Origin: Eledone cirrhosa
Lineage: Eukaryota
Assembly: GCA_964016885.1 (NCBI GenBank)
Contig: OZ024743.1
Location: forward strand, 230,206,001-230,270,000
DNA length: 64,000 nt
Direction of reading: 5' to 3'
This document shows, piece by piece, positions 42,134-54,469 of the stretch. How positions within the stretch are numbered: position 1 is the first letter of the stretch; every line of letters starts with the position of its first letter. The notes below the pieces were generated by a model that was given only the letters and a program-made list of their open reading frames with translations, made no database searches and had not been told where the DNA came from. The position numbers and the translations under genes are program-made.

Positions 42134-42401
42134 CATAATATATATACAACTTACATACATATTGATATGTGTGCATGCATATGAGAGTAGGTCTGGGCTT
42201 TTTCGTTCTGCCTTGAGCAATATTTAAGCGACATTTTGCAGTTACAGGATGTGCGCGTACACAAAAACAAAAGTAGCATTTTTCAAATGATCATATATAT
42301 ATAAATGTATATATATGTGTGTGTGTGAGAGAGAGGGTGTGTGTGTGTGAGTGTGCGTGTGTGTGTGTGTGAGTGTGCGTGTGTGTGTGTATGTGTATGT
42401 A

Positions 42402-42433
<32 letters not shown>

Positions 42434-42741
42434 GAGAGAGAGAGAGAGACAGAGAGAGAGTGAGAGAGTGAGTGTGAGAGAGACATCTATGAATGTATAT
42501 ATATATATATATATATATATAACTATATATGTATATGCGCGTTAACATACATACATAAAAGCACGTCTACGTATAGCTACATACATACAATATTGATTTA
42601 TTTTTCTTGCCTCATACGACATCTGCATTTTTTATCCAGGAATATGTTCTGTTTTGTATTATATCCTGTTTTCAATTTTGTATATCATGAAGCATTGTTA
42701 AAATAATTTTTAGTCTTATTTTACACACACACACACACACA

Positions 42742-43990
42742 CATGAACACTTTAGCGTAGCAACATTTCCAAGCTTGGTGTCTTCCACAAAATTTGTCAT
42801 CGCTCAATCTTTCGTTATGCACTTTCTGGCAGAATCTCTAAAGCCGATCTCTTCGCGAGGTGCAACGTAGTTAGGTTTGAGTCATTTCAGTCATTTCTGA
42901 GTCAATCCCAATTCAGATAGGCTGGTCATGTCCTACGGATGCCTGAGGACCTGACACCCAAGGTACTGTTATAAAGTCAGCTTCATAATGGTGTACTTAA
43001 TATAGGCAAACCATTATTCAGATATAAAGACAAACTGAAGTACGCATATACACACCCACATACTTACACACACACACACACACACTGAGTGAGTGAGTAA
43101 GTGAGTGAGTGAGTGTGTGTGTGCGTGTGTGTGTGTGTGTGTGCGTGTCCGTGTGCGTGCGTGTGTGTGTGTGTGTGCGTGTCCGTGTGCGTGTGTGTGT
43201 GTGTGAAGCAGGATCCGATAGTGTAAAATAAGACTAAAAATTAATTATATTGCTATGTAGTTGTAATGCAGAGGAAAGGATTTCGAGCGAGGCGAGTTAG
43301 AATATTTGATCGAATCTCGGTGTTAGATCTTAAACCTCGAATACGGAAAAGACGAGATTTTTCAAAGTTCTTTATAATTTCCTGAAAGATAGTTCTCCTT
43401 TTCAGCAGCTAGGCCTTATGAAGAAGTAAGTGGTGTGGTTAGATTTAAGATTGTACTTCAGTTTGTCTTTATATCTGAATAATGGTTTGCCTATATTAAG
43501 TACACAATTATGAAGTTGACTTTATAACAGTACCTTGGGTGTCCGGTCCTCAGGCATCCGTAGGACATCACCAGCCTATCTGAATTGGGATTGACTCAGA
43601 AATGACTGAAATGACTCAAACCTAAGTACGTTGCACCTCGCGAAGAGATCGGCTTTTGAGATTCTGCCAGAAAGTGCATAACGAAAGATTGAGCGATGAC
43701 AAAATTCGTGGAAGGCACCAAGCTTGGAAATGTTGCTACGCTAAAGTGTTCATGACTCGGCAACGTATAAGAATGTTGTCAATACCACAGCACGATAAAC
43801 TGCAATTTTTGTTTTAAGGGATATACCTCTTACACCACGTACTCGATGATAACATTTGCCAACAGCGCCAATTGCTTTCGAGACGCTATTGACGATCTCA
43901 TAATCCATGGATGCAGATAGTTATCCTTGCTGCCACGGTGAATAAATGACTTCATACACTCCACATCCTTGCCATCAACAGTGATGTGAA
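42742..43990. pseudogene. RTE-clade LINE fragments: 43454-~43990 (-) with inverted duplicate 42742-43042 (+)
   Basis: TKIAVYRAVVLTTFLY..ES*TL and FR*AGHVLRMPED.TPK..G..G.P..RYKDKLK. Confidence 0.75.
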
Positions 43991-45711
43991 CATTGGAATG
44001 GGCTTGCCCGGGCTGTTCTTGCCCGGCATATTCTACTTGTTTGTGCCAGGGATGCGGGTTTTACTTATCGTACAGATATCGATATTATATCTCTTGAATA
44101 TATTGCAGATGTGGGCTTATCTTCGATCCAGATTGTATCAACGTTATATGTATAAAATATATTGCTTGAAAGGTATTCCCAGGCTAGAGAGCAATAGTCC
44201 GTATTGATAAAATTGCAGCTGGAATTAATTTAGTTACATGCAGTGAGGTTGAATGCGAAGTTGAGAGCTGTGAAATAGGATATTTATGAGGTAAGGGGAA
44301 ATGTTTCCTAATTATTTGTTTTGCAATGTTTTTGATATGAAATCATTATATTTGGGGTGGATCATTTCCTAATATTGCCGGAAAATTGTAAAACACAGTT
44401 TTGGTTTGTGGCTGATTTTATAACCTCCTTAGATCCATAAATCTGTGGTTTCTGATAGGCATTGATAATGGAGGTCAGTGGTCATTGTTAATGCCCAGGG
44501 CGGTGGATTGGCAGTATGGGTAGAGGGTCGGACGCCATGCTTGGACCTATAGAGTTACGGCCCTTGCCATTCTGAGTTCAAATCCCGCCGAGGTTAACTT
44601 TGCTTTTCATCCTTACAGGGTCGATAAAATAAAGTACCAGTAATGCACTGAGTAATTGCTGGCCTTGTGCCAAACGTAGAAACAATTATTAATGCCCAAT
44701 TTTAATTAGTACCACTTTATTCAAGTATACACTTAATTCCAATCCTCATATCATTTTAATTATTAAATGGAAATACCATAAGATGAGTTTTATGCTCCAT
44801 TACTTGGCTGATAAAAACTCGTATCCAAACAATTGCTCTCTGTTCCTCTCTCAAAAACAACATTCATTGTTTTCTATCGTTAATCTTATTTAACAATTTA
44901 CATAATTAATTTTAAATCCTAAACTCTCATTTTAAAATCCAAAATTGTAAAGTCTCACTTTGAACTCATATATCCTCACGTGCTGTGGGCCTTTAACTTC
45001 TGTTACAGTCTTAGAGAATTCACCGTTAAATAAGGCGTGTTTAGGATATTTAAACATGAGGCAGTCCATCCCATTCCAGGTCGAAACGCAGTCAATATTT
45101 TCCAAAGAATTAGACAAGGGCGGCAGTGAGAGAATTGTAGAAGAATATAAGAAGAGTTTAATGGTGTAACACACTAATGTATAGAGGGACAACACTGGCA
45201 TTCCATTTATCGACGAAATAATAAAAACGCAGCGTTGACCTCGCTGTGATTTGAACCAAGATCGCAGAAAGTTAGAATAATTAACGCAAACAACACACCG
45301 CAAAATCAGAACTTCGGCGGCCCGTCAGAGGAAGGAGCCCCGTGAAGTGGGGGTAGCGGTTCTGTGGCAGCGGGTGTCGCTGGTCATTATCCGCGGGAAT
45401 GCTTTTGCGGCCTAGACCGCGGGGCACAGCTCCTCTACCGCCTTACCCGAGGCCCAGAGCCCAATCAACCTCCCTCTTCCTCCTCTCTTTCTTCTGTGAC
45501 ACTAGAGCCCTTTCCATTCTCTCCCCATTTGGTTATTTTCCTTTTTCTCTCTTTTCTTTATATTTTCCTATTTTTTATTCCATTCTTCTCAATCTAACTT
45601 TTCTCTTTTTTTCTTTTTCTATTAAACTGTATTTACATGATATATTCCATAAATAAATTGTATATAATTTCTTCATTGTAAAAAAGCAAAAAAAAAAAAA
45701 ATCTATTAGAC

Positions 45712-46002
45712 CAGGGATGGACAACCTTTTTAGAGAAGCGGGCCGCATGAGATATGGCTCATCACCAGGCGGGCCGCAAGCACTAATTTATATGCGTGCT
45801 CACATTAAAACAAGGGTGGCAACTCAGTTTGTTTTGATCTGTTTTTTTTCAGAATTCTTACCCGTTCTTTTCCTCGATCGTAAAAATGATAGAAAAATAA
45901 ATTACGATTGAAAAATTTGTGTAAAAAAATCAGAAAGATTTCACTTAGGTGACGTAGGCGAGCCATTCAGAAAGCTTCGCGGGCCCAAGTTGCCCATGAC
46001 TG
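45712..46002. mobile_element. hAT-type non-autonomous transposon (MITE)
   Basis: Imperfect TIRs CAGGGATGGACAAC / CAGTCATGGGCAAC; 8-bp TSD tattagac/tattaaac (7/8 match). Confidence 0.75.
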
Positions 46003-47112
46003 TATTAAACTGTCTACCGATTCTGCCTAGTCACGGTATTTGTTCTCACTTAGAAATACATAAACTATGGTCTATGGAGCGTTTCCTGGGCAGTATCAGG
46101 CGAAACACAACATACTGTTTTTGTGTGGTTATTCTGTTATATGAAACCATTAGTTTTTGTGAGTTTTGTGTTATGTTTATATGTTTATTGAGTAACAACT
46201 TGGTTGTTTTATATTTGAACGCGTTTATTTGATACACCATCATCATCCCCATCACTATCATCACAATTAATATCACAAGTCCCATATTAATAACCCATTC
46301 ACCACCGCCACTGCTATATCTAGCATCGTCATTATCGCACATCCATCAACCATAAATGACGACCACACTACTATCAAGACTATCGACGCAATCCTATTCT
46401 ACTACAACCAGCACTTAAGACATACCGTTTCCACACTTAGCACTAGCTCCACAACAACTCGTCCAGCCACAGCTTTCACTACCACTGCCAGTGTCACCAA
46501 TCATGCAACTAATACCACTACCAACATTAATACAAATGTCACCAATCCAGCCATTGATACCACAAGAACACAGCCACAATCACCACAATCAATTTCACTA
46601 ATCTCACTACTACTACAACTACCGTCACTCACACTAGTGCCACTGCCACTGACACCAATCTTTTCACTGCTACCACTAACACCACCAACACCTGCACTCA
46701 TGCCACTACAACGATCACCACTGAAATGCCAGCATTGAGTACAGCAGCAAGGTTAAATGTTATATATATATAATTGTTTCTACTTTTTGGCACAAGGCCA
46801 GCAATTTCCCAGTGTATTACTGGTACTTTATTTTATCGACCCCGTAAGGATGAAAGGCAAAGTTAACCTCGGCGGGATTTGAACTCAGAATGGCAAGGGC
46901 CAAGGTACAGCATTGTAGAATTGGGGAATATGTGGTCATGGTTATGATGGGGATGGAAGGGAAGAGATATTAGAGATATAGAAAAGGGAGAGAGAGGGGG
47001 AGAAATATAGCGAGGGACAGATATTTGCAACAGAAAGAAGAGAGAGAAGGGGTATTTGGGGAGATATATAGAGAGAAATGAGATGGAATGAGAGAATGAA
47101 ATATATATATAT

Positions 47113-49130
47113 ATTGGAATAAATGCTCTGAAATAGCGATATATATGTGAATATAGACATAGAATATTCGAAAATATTCTGTATGTTTATAATAAACATT
47201 TTGAAGACCTAATCGCTATAGAATAGAATACGTCACGTATTACAATTAGATTCTCGATAAAAGCAAGGGAAGTAATCTACGCGTTTCATTCTCGTTAGAA
47301 ATCATCAGGACTACATATCCAGTGCTTTTATCGAGAATGACACAGCTAGAGACTTATAGAATACTTAGCTGTGTACAGGAACTGGTTTGAAAGAGCGGTT
47401 GCCGGTCCGGCAGAAATTAGAAATTGGAATAAATGCTCTGAAATAGCGATATATATGTGAATATAGACATAGAATATTCGAAAATATTCTGTATGTTTAT
47501 AATAAACATTTTGAAGACCTAATCGCTATAGAATAGAATACGTCACGTATTACAATTAGATTCTCGATAAAAGCAAGGGAAGTAATCTACGCGTTTCATT
47601 CTCGTTAGAAATCATCAGGACTACATATCCAGTGCTTTTATCGAGAATGACACAGCTAGAGACTTATAGAATACTTAGCTGTGTACAGGAACTGGTTTGA
47701 AAGAGCGGTTGCCGGTCCGGCAGAAATTAGAAATTGGAATAAATGCTCTGAAATAGCGATATATATGTGAATATAGACATAGAATATTCGAAAATATTCT
47801 GTATGTTTATAATAAACATTTTGAAGACCTAATCGCTATAGAATAGAATACGTCACGTATTACAATTAGATTCTCGATAAAAGCAAGGGAAGTAATCTAC
47901 GCGTTTCATTCTCGTTAGAAATCATCAGGACTACATATCCAGTGCTTTTATCGAGAATGACACAGCTAGAGACTTATAGAATACTTAGCTGTGTACAGGA
48001 ACTGGTTTGAAAGAGCGGTTGCCGGTCCGGCAGAAATTAGAAATTGGAATAAATGCTCTGAAATAGCGATATATATGTGAATATAGACATAGAATATTCG
48101 AAAATATTCTGTATGTTTATAATAAACATTTTGAAGACCTAATCGCTATAGAATAGAATACGTCACGTATTACAATTAGATTCTCGATAAAAGCAAGGGA
48201 AGTAATCTACGCGTTTCATTCTCGTTAGAAATCATCAGGACTACATATCCAGTGCTTTTATCGAGAATGACACAGCTAGAGACTTATAGAATACTTAGCT
48301 GTGTACAGGAACTGGTTTGAAAGAGCGGTTGCCGGTCCGGCAGAAATTAGAAATTGGAATAAATGCTCTGAAATAGCGATATATATGTGAATATAGACAT
48401 AGAATATTCGAAAATATTCTGTATGTTTATAATAAACATTTTGAAGACCTAATCGCTATAGAATAGAATACGTCACGTATTACAATTAGATTCTCGATAA
48501 AAGCAAGGGAAGTAATCTACGCGTTTCATTCTCGTTAGAAATCATCAGGACTACATATCCAGTGCTTTTATCGAGAATGACACAGCTAGAGACTTATAGA
48601 ATACTTAGCTGTGTACAGGAACTGGTTTGAAAGAGCGGTTGCCGGTCCGGCAGAAATTAGAAATTGGAATAAATGCTCTGAAATAGCGATATATATGTGA
48701 ATATAGACATAGAATATTCGAAAATATTCTGTATGTTTATAATAAACATTTTGAAGACCTAATCGCTATAGAATAGAATACGTCACGTATTACAATTAGA
48801 TTCTCGATAAAAGCAAGGGAAGTAATCTACGCGTTTCATTCTCGTTAGAAATCATCAGGACTACATATCCAGTGCTTTTATCGAGAATGACACAGCTAGA
48901 GACTTATAGAATACTTAGCTGTGTACAGGAACTGGTTTGAAAGAGCGGTTGCCGGTCCGGCAGAAATTAGAAATTAGAAATTGGAATAAATGCTCTGAAA
49001 TAGCGATATATATGTGAATATAGACATAGAATATTCGAAAATATTCTGTATGTTTATAATAAACATTTTGAAGACCTAATCGCTATAGAATAGAATACGT
49101 CACGTATTACAATTAGATTCTCGATAAAAG
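47113..49130 (-). mobile_element. Retrozyme-like array, left block: ~6.5 x 310 bp, 6 hammerheads
   Basis: Period 310 (ttggaat at 47114, 47424...); hammerheads start at 47272 + 310n. Confidence 0.88.
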
Positions 49131-52100
49131 CTAAGTATTCTATAAGTCTCTAGCTGTGTCATTCTCGATAAAAGCACTGGATATGTAGTCCTGATGATTT
49201 CTAACGAGAATGAAACGCGTAGATTACTTCCCTTGCTTTTATCGAGAATCTAATTGTAATACGTGACGTATTCTATTCTATAGCGATTAGGTCTTCAAAA
49301 TGTTTATTATAAACATACAGAATATTTTCGAATATTCTATGTCTATATTCACATATATATCGCTATTTCAGAGCATTTATTCCAATTTCTAATTTCTGCC
49401 GGACCGGCAACCGCTCTTTCAAACCAGTTCCTGTACACAGCTAAGTATTCTATAAGTCTCTAGCTGTGTCATTCTCGATAAAAGCACTGGATATGTAGTC
49501 CTGATGATTTCTAACGAGAATGAAACGCGTAGATTACTTCCCTTGCTTTTATCGAGAATCTAATTGTAATACGTGACGTATTCTATTCTATAGCGATTAG
49601 GTCTTCAAAATGTTTATTATAAACATACAGAATATTTTCGAATATTCTATGTCTATATTCACATATATATCGCTATTTCAGAGCATTTATTCCAATTTCT
49701 AATTTCTGCCGGACCGGCAACCGCTCTTTCAAACCAGTTCCTGTACACAGCTAAGTATTCTATAAGTCTCTAGCTGTGTCATTCTCGATAAAAGCACTGG
49801 ATATGTAGTCCTGATGATTTCTAACGAGAATGAAACGCGTAGATTACTTCCCTTGCTTTTATCGAGAATCTAATTGTAATACGTGACGTATTCTATTCTA
49901 TAGCGATTAGGTCTTCAAAATGTTTATTATAAACATACAGAATATTTTCGAATATTCTATGTCTATATTCACATATATATCGCTATTTCAGAGCATTTAT
50001 TCCAATTTCTAATTTCTGCCGGACCGGCAACCGCTCTTTCAAACCAGTTCCTGTACACAGCTAAGTATTCTATAAGTCTCTAGCTGTGTCATTCTCGATA
50101 AAAGCACTGGATATGTAGTCCTGATGATTTCTAACGAGAATGAAACGCGTAGATTACTTCCCTTGCTTTTATCGAGAATCTAATTGTAATACGTGACGTA
50201 TTCTATTCTATAGCGATTAGGTCTTCAAAATGTTTATTATAAACATACAGAATATTTTCGAATATTCTATGTCTATATTCACATATATATCGCTATTTCA
50301 GAGCATTTATTCCAATTTCTAATTTCTGCCGGACCGGCAACCGCTCTTTCAAACCAGTTCCTGTACACAGCTAAGTATTCTATAAGTCTCTAGCTGTGTC
50401 ATTCTCGATAAAAGCACTGGATATGTAGTCCTGATGATTTCTAACGAGAATGAAACGCGTAGATTACTTCCCTTGCTTTTATCGAGAATCTAATTGTAAT
50501 ACGTGACGTATTCTATTCTATAGCGATTAGGTCTTCAAAATGTTTATTATAAACATACAGAATATTTTCGAATATTCTATGTCTATATTCACATATATAT
50601 CGCTATTTCAGAGCATTTATTCCAATTTCTAATTTCTGCCGGACCGGCAACCGCTCTTTCAAACCAGTTCCTGTACACAGCTAAGTATTCTATAAGTCTC
50701 TAGCTGTGTCATTCTCGATAAAAGCACTGGATATGTAGTCCTGATGATTTCTAACGAGAATGAAACGCGTAGATTACTTCCCTTGCTTTTATCGAGAATC
50801 TAATTGTAATACGTGACGTATTCTATTCTATAGCGATTAGGTCTTCAAAATGTTTATTATAAACATACAGAATATTTTCGAATATTCTATGTCTATATTC
50901 ACATATATATCGCTATTTCAGAGCATTTATTCCAATTTCTAATTTCTGCCGGACCGGCAACCGCTCTTTCAAACCAGTTCCTGTACACAGCTAAGTATTC
51001 TATAAGTCTCTAGCTGTGTCATTCTCGATAAAAGCACTGGATATGTAGTCCTGATGATTTCTAACGAGAATGAAACGCGTAGATTACTTCCCTTGCTTTT
51101 ATCGAGAATCTAATTGTAATACGTGACGTATTCTATTCTATAGCGATTAGGTCTTCAAAATGTTTATTATAAACATACAGAATATTTTCGAATATTCTAT
51201 GTCTATATTCACATATATATCGCTATTTCAGAGCATTTATTCCAATTTCTAATTTCTGCCGGACCGGCAACCGCTCTTTCAAACCAGTTCCTGTACACAG
51301 CTAAGTATTCTATAAGTCTCTAGCTGTGTCATTCTCGATAAAAGCACTGGATATGTAGTCCTGATGATTTCTAACGAGAATGAAACGCGTAGATTACTTC
51401 CCTTGCTTTTATCGAGAATCTAATTGTAATACGTGACGTATTCTATTCTATAGCGATTAGGTCTTCAAAATGTTTATTATAAACATACAGAATATTTTCG
51501 AATATTCTATGTCTATATTCACATATATATCGCTATTTCAGAGCATTTATTCCAATTTCTAATTTCTGCCGGACCGGCAACCGCTCTTTCAAACCAGTTC
51601 CTGTACACAGCTAAGTATTCTATAAGTCTCTAGCTGTGTCATTCTCGATAAAAGCACTGGATATGTAGTCCTGATGATTTCTAACGAGAATGAAACGCGT
51701 AGATTACTTCCCTTGCTTTTATCGAGAATCTAATTGTAATACGTGACGTATTCTATTCTATAGCGATTAGGTCTTCAAAATGTTTATTATAAACATACAG
51801 AATATTTTCGAATATTCTATGTCTATATTCACATATATATCGCTATTTCAGAGCATTTATTCCAATTTCTAATTTCTGCCGGACCGGCAACCGCTCTTTC
51901 AAACCAGTTCCTGTACACAGCTAAGTATTCTATAAGTCTCTAGCTGTGTCATTCTCGATAAAAGCACTGGATATGTAGTCCTGATGATTTCTAACGAGAA
52001 TGAAACGCGTAGATTACTTCCCTTGCTTTTATCGAGAATCTAATTGTAATACGTGACGTATTCTATTCTATAGCGATTAGGTCTTCAAAATGTTTATTAT

Positions 52101-52761
52101 AAACATACAGAATATTTTCGAATATTCTATGTCTATATTCACATATATATCGCTATTTCAGAGCATTTATTCCAATTTCTAATTTCTGCCGGACCGGCAA
52201 CCGCTCTTTCAAACCAGTTCCTGTACACAGCTAAGTATTCTATAAGTCTCTAGCTGTGTCATTCTCGATAAAAGCACTGGATATGTAGTCCTGATGATTT
52301 CTAACGAGAATGAAACGCGTAGATTACTTCCCTTGCTTTTATCGAGAATCTAATTGTAATACGTGACGTATTCTATTCTATAGCGATTAGGTCTTCAAAA
52401 TGTTTATTATAAACATACAGAATATTTTCGAATATTCTATGTCTATATTCACATATATATCGCTATTTCAGAGCATTTATTCCAATTTCTAATTTCTGCC
52501 GGACCGGCAACCGCTCTTTCAAACCAGTTCCTGTACACAGCTAAGTATTCTATAAGTCTCTAGCTGTGTCATTCTCGATAAAAGCACTGGATATGTAGTC
52601 CTGATGATTTCTAACGAGAATGAAACGCGTAGATTACTTCCCTTGCTTTTATCGAGAATCTAATTGTAATACGTGACGTATTCTATTCTATAGCGATTAG
52701 GTCTTCAAAATGTTTATTATAAACATACAGAATATTTTCGAATATTCTATGTCTATATTCA
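49131..52761 (+). mobile_element. Retrozyme-like array, right block: ~11.7 x 310 bp, 12 hammerheads
   Basis: Reverse complement of the left unit; CTGATGA at 49191 + 310n up to 52601. Confidence 0.88.
49185..49227 (+). ncRNA. Minimal type I hammerhead ribozyme (representative of 18 copies)
   Basis: gtagtc CTGATGA t ttct aacg agaa t GAAA cgcg TA^gattac; predicted cleavage after 49221; palindromic stem III ACGCGT. Confidence 0.88.
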
Positions 52762-52777
52762 TATATATATATATATA

Positions 52778-53941
52778 TAAAGAAAAAGGGATGAAATCGA
52801 AAATGCAACTGAAGTCTTATTTTTTTTTAAATATATATATTTATTTGGTTCCTTTACCGGTTTCGCAGTTCTTCTGCTTTTCAAAATGTGAGTTGAGATG
52901 GAGGGTCTGTGGTTTTTCTCACATCTGGTTGGTCTCTAAATGTTACTTGTTTTATATGGAAAAACTGGCTCGAAAACCAGGTTTTTCGAGAAGTAATTTG
53001 ATTGGTTTGTCAATAATTATAATAAATTTCGCGCCAGTTCGCGTTACAATAGTTCTTCAAATAAGAGGGGGGGGGGTTGTCACAGGTTGTTTTTTCATAT
53101 ATGAGTGTTTGAATTTCTTTTTACTTGAAAAAAATGAGGCTCACGAAGGCTTTTTTTTGGTTGGTTATAAATGAAATTTGGGTGTCACGTGAACAAGTTT
53201 TCATTACATTTTTGCGCCCTTATTTGGAAAACTATTCTGTAGTCTATAGTGAATGTTATGACGATGGAGAGATAGTGGTCAAGGGAAAAGGGATTGGGAG
53301 AAATGTTCTGGTTCAGTGAATATGGCCAGCTGTGAATATTCACTGAACCAGAACATTTCTCCCAATCCCTTTTCCCTTGACCACTATCTCTCCATCGTCA
53401 TAACACTCACTATAGACTACAGAATAGTTTTCCAAATAAGGGCGCAAAAATGTAATGAAAACTTGTTCACGTGACAGCCAAATTTCATTTATAACCAACC
53501 CAAAAAAAGCCTTCGTGAGCCTCATTTGTTCAAGTAAAAAGAAATTCAAACACTCATATATGAAAAAACAACCTGTGACAACCCCCCCCCCCCTCTCTTA
53601 TTTGAAGAACTATTGTAACGCGAACTGGCGCGAAATTTATTATAATTATTGACAAACCAATCAAATTACTTCTCGAAAAACCTGGTTTTCGAGCCAGTTT
53701 TTCCATATAAAACAAGTAACATTTAGAGACCAACCAGATGTGAGAAAAACCACAGACCCTCCATCTCAACTCACCTTTTGAAAAGCAGAAGAACTGCAAA
53801 ACCGGTAAAGGAACCAAATAAATATATATATTTAAAAAAAAATAAGACTTCAGTTACATTTTCGATTTCATCCCTTTTTCTTTATACTTCCACTCGTGTA
53901 GGACACCTCGGTTATTTTTCATTTTGTAAAAAAAACCTCAC

Positions 53942-53948
<7 letters not shown>
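52778..53948. mobile_element. Non-coding tail-out inverted-repeat element (~540-bp arms) with U3-A8 hammerheads
   Basis: Arms ~52778-53322 and ~53337-53886; motifs at 52851-52888 (-) and 53774-53811 (+, G12 mutated); ~60-nt right extension to (TA)n. Confidence 0.8.
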
Positions 53949-53990
<42 letters not shown>

Positions 53991-54469
53991 AATAAAGATT
54001 CAGCGAGAATCGCATTTCGGCGGGCAGGAAAGGCGAAGCGAAACGCAAAAATCAGAAATGATACTGGCAAAGTGCTCAATAGTTAAAAACCAGAGCTAAA
54101 CAATGTGTTAAGAAGCCATACAAACTGAAAAGGTGGGCAAGAAGGCATTAACCACCCAAGCCCAAAACCAAATCAAGCTAAACAGGTCAAAACAAAATAA
54201 ATGATAACAAATAAATGATAACTAGACCTATATATAGGTGTAAAGCGAGAGAGAGAGATAGAGAGAGAGAGATAGAGAGAGAGAGCGAGAGAGAGAGAGC
54301 GAGAGGGAGAGAGGGAGAGAGAGAGAAACACACATACACACACACATATACATATATATATATATATGTATGTATATTTAAATATATGTATGTATATATA
54401 ATTTTGATAACTTTCATAGGTTTCGGCCAGTATTGGCCCAGGCCATGACTAACTTAATAGCACCACTTG

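Noticed and set aside
45305-45701. GC-rich block, pyrimidine tract, AATAAA and poly(A)
   Set aside because: Probably a retroelement 3' end, but no family motif or TSD was identifiable.
47113-52761. CRISPR array or coding tandem repeat
   Set aside because: No variable spacers or cas genes, and no long ORF in the unit; ORFs 46942-47199 and 52710-53174 are junction artefacts.
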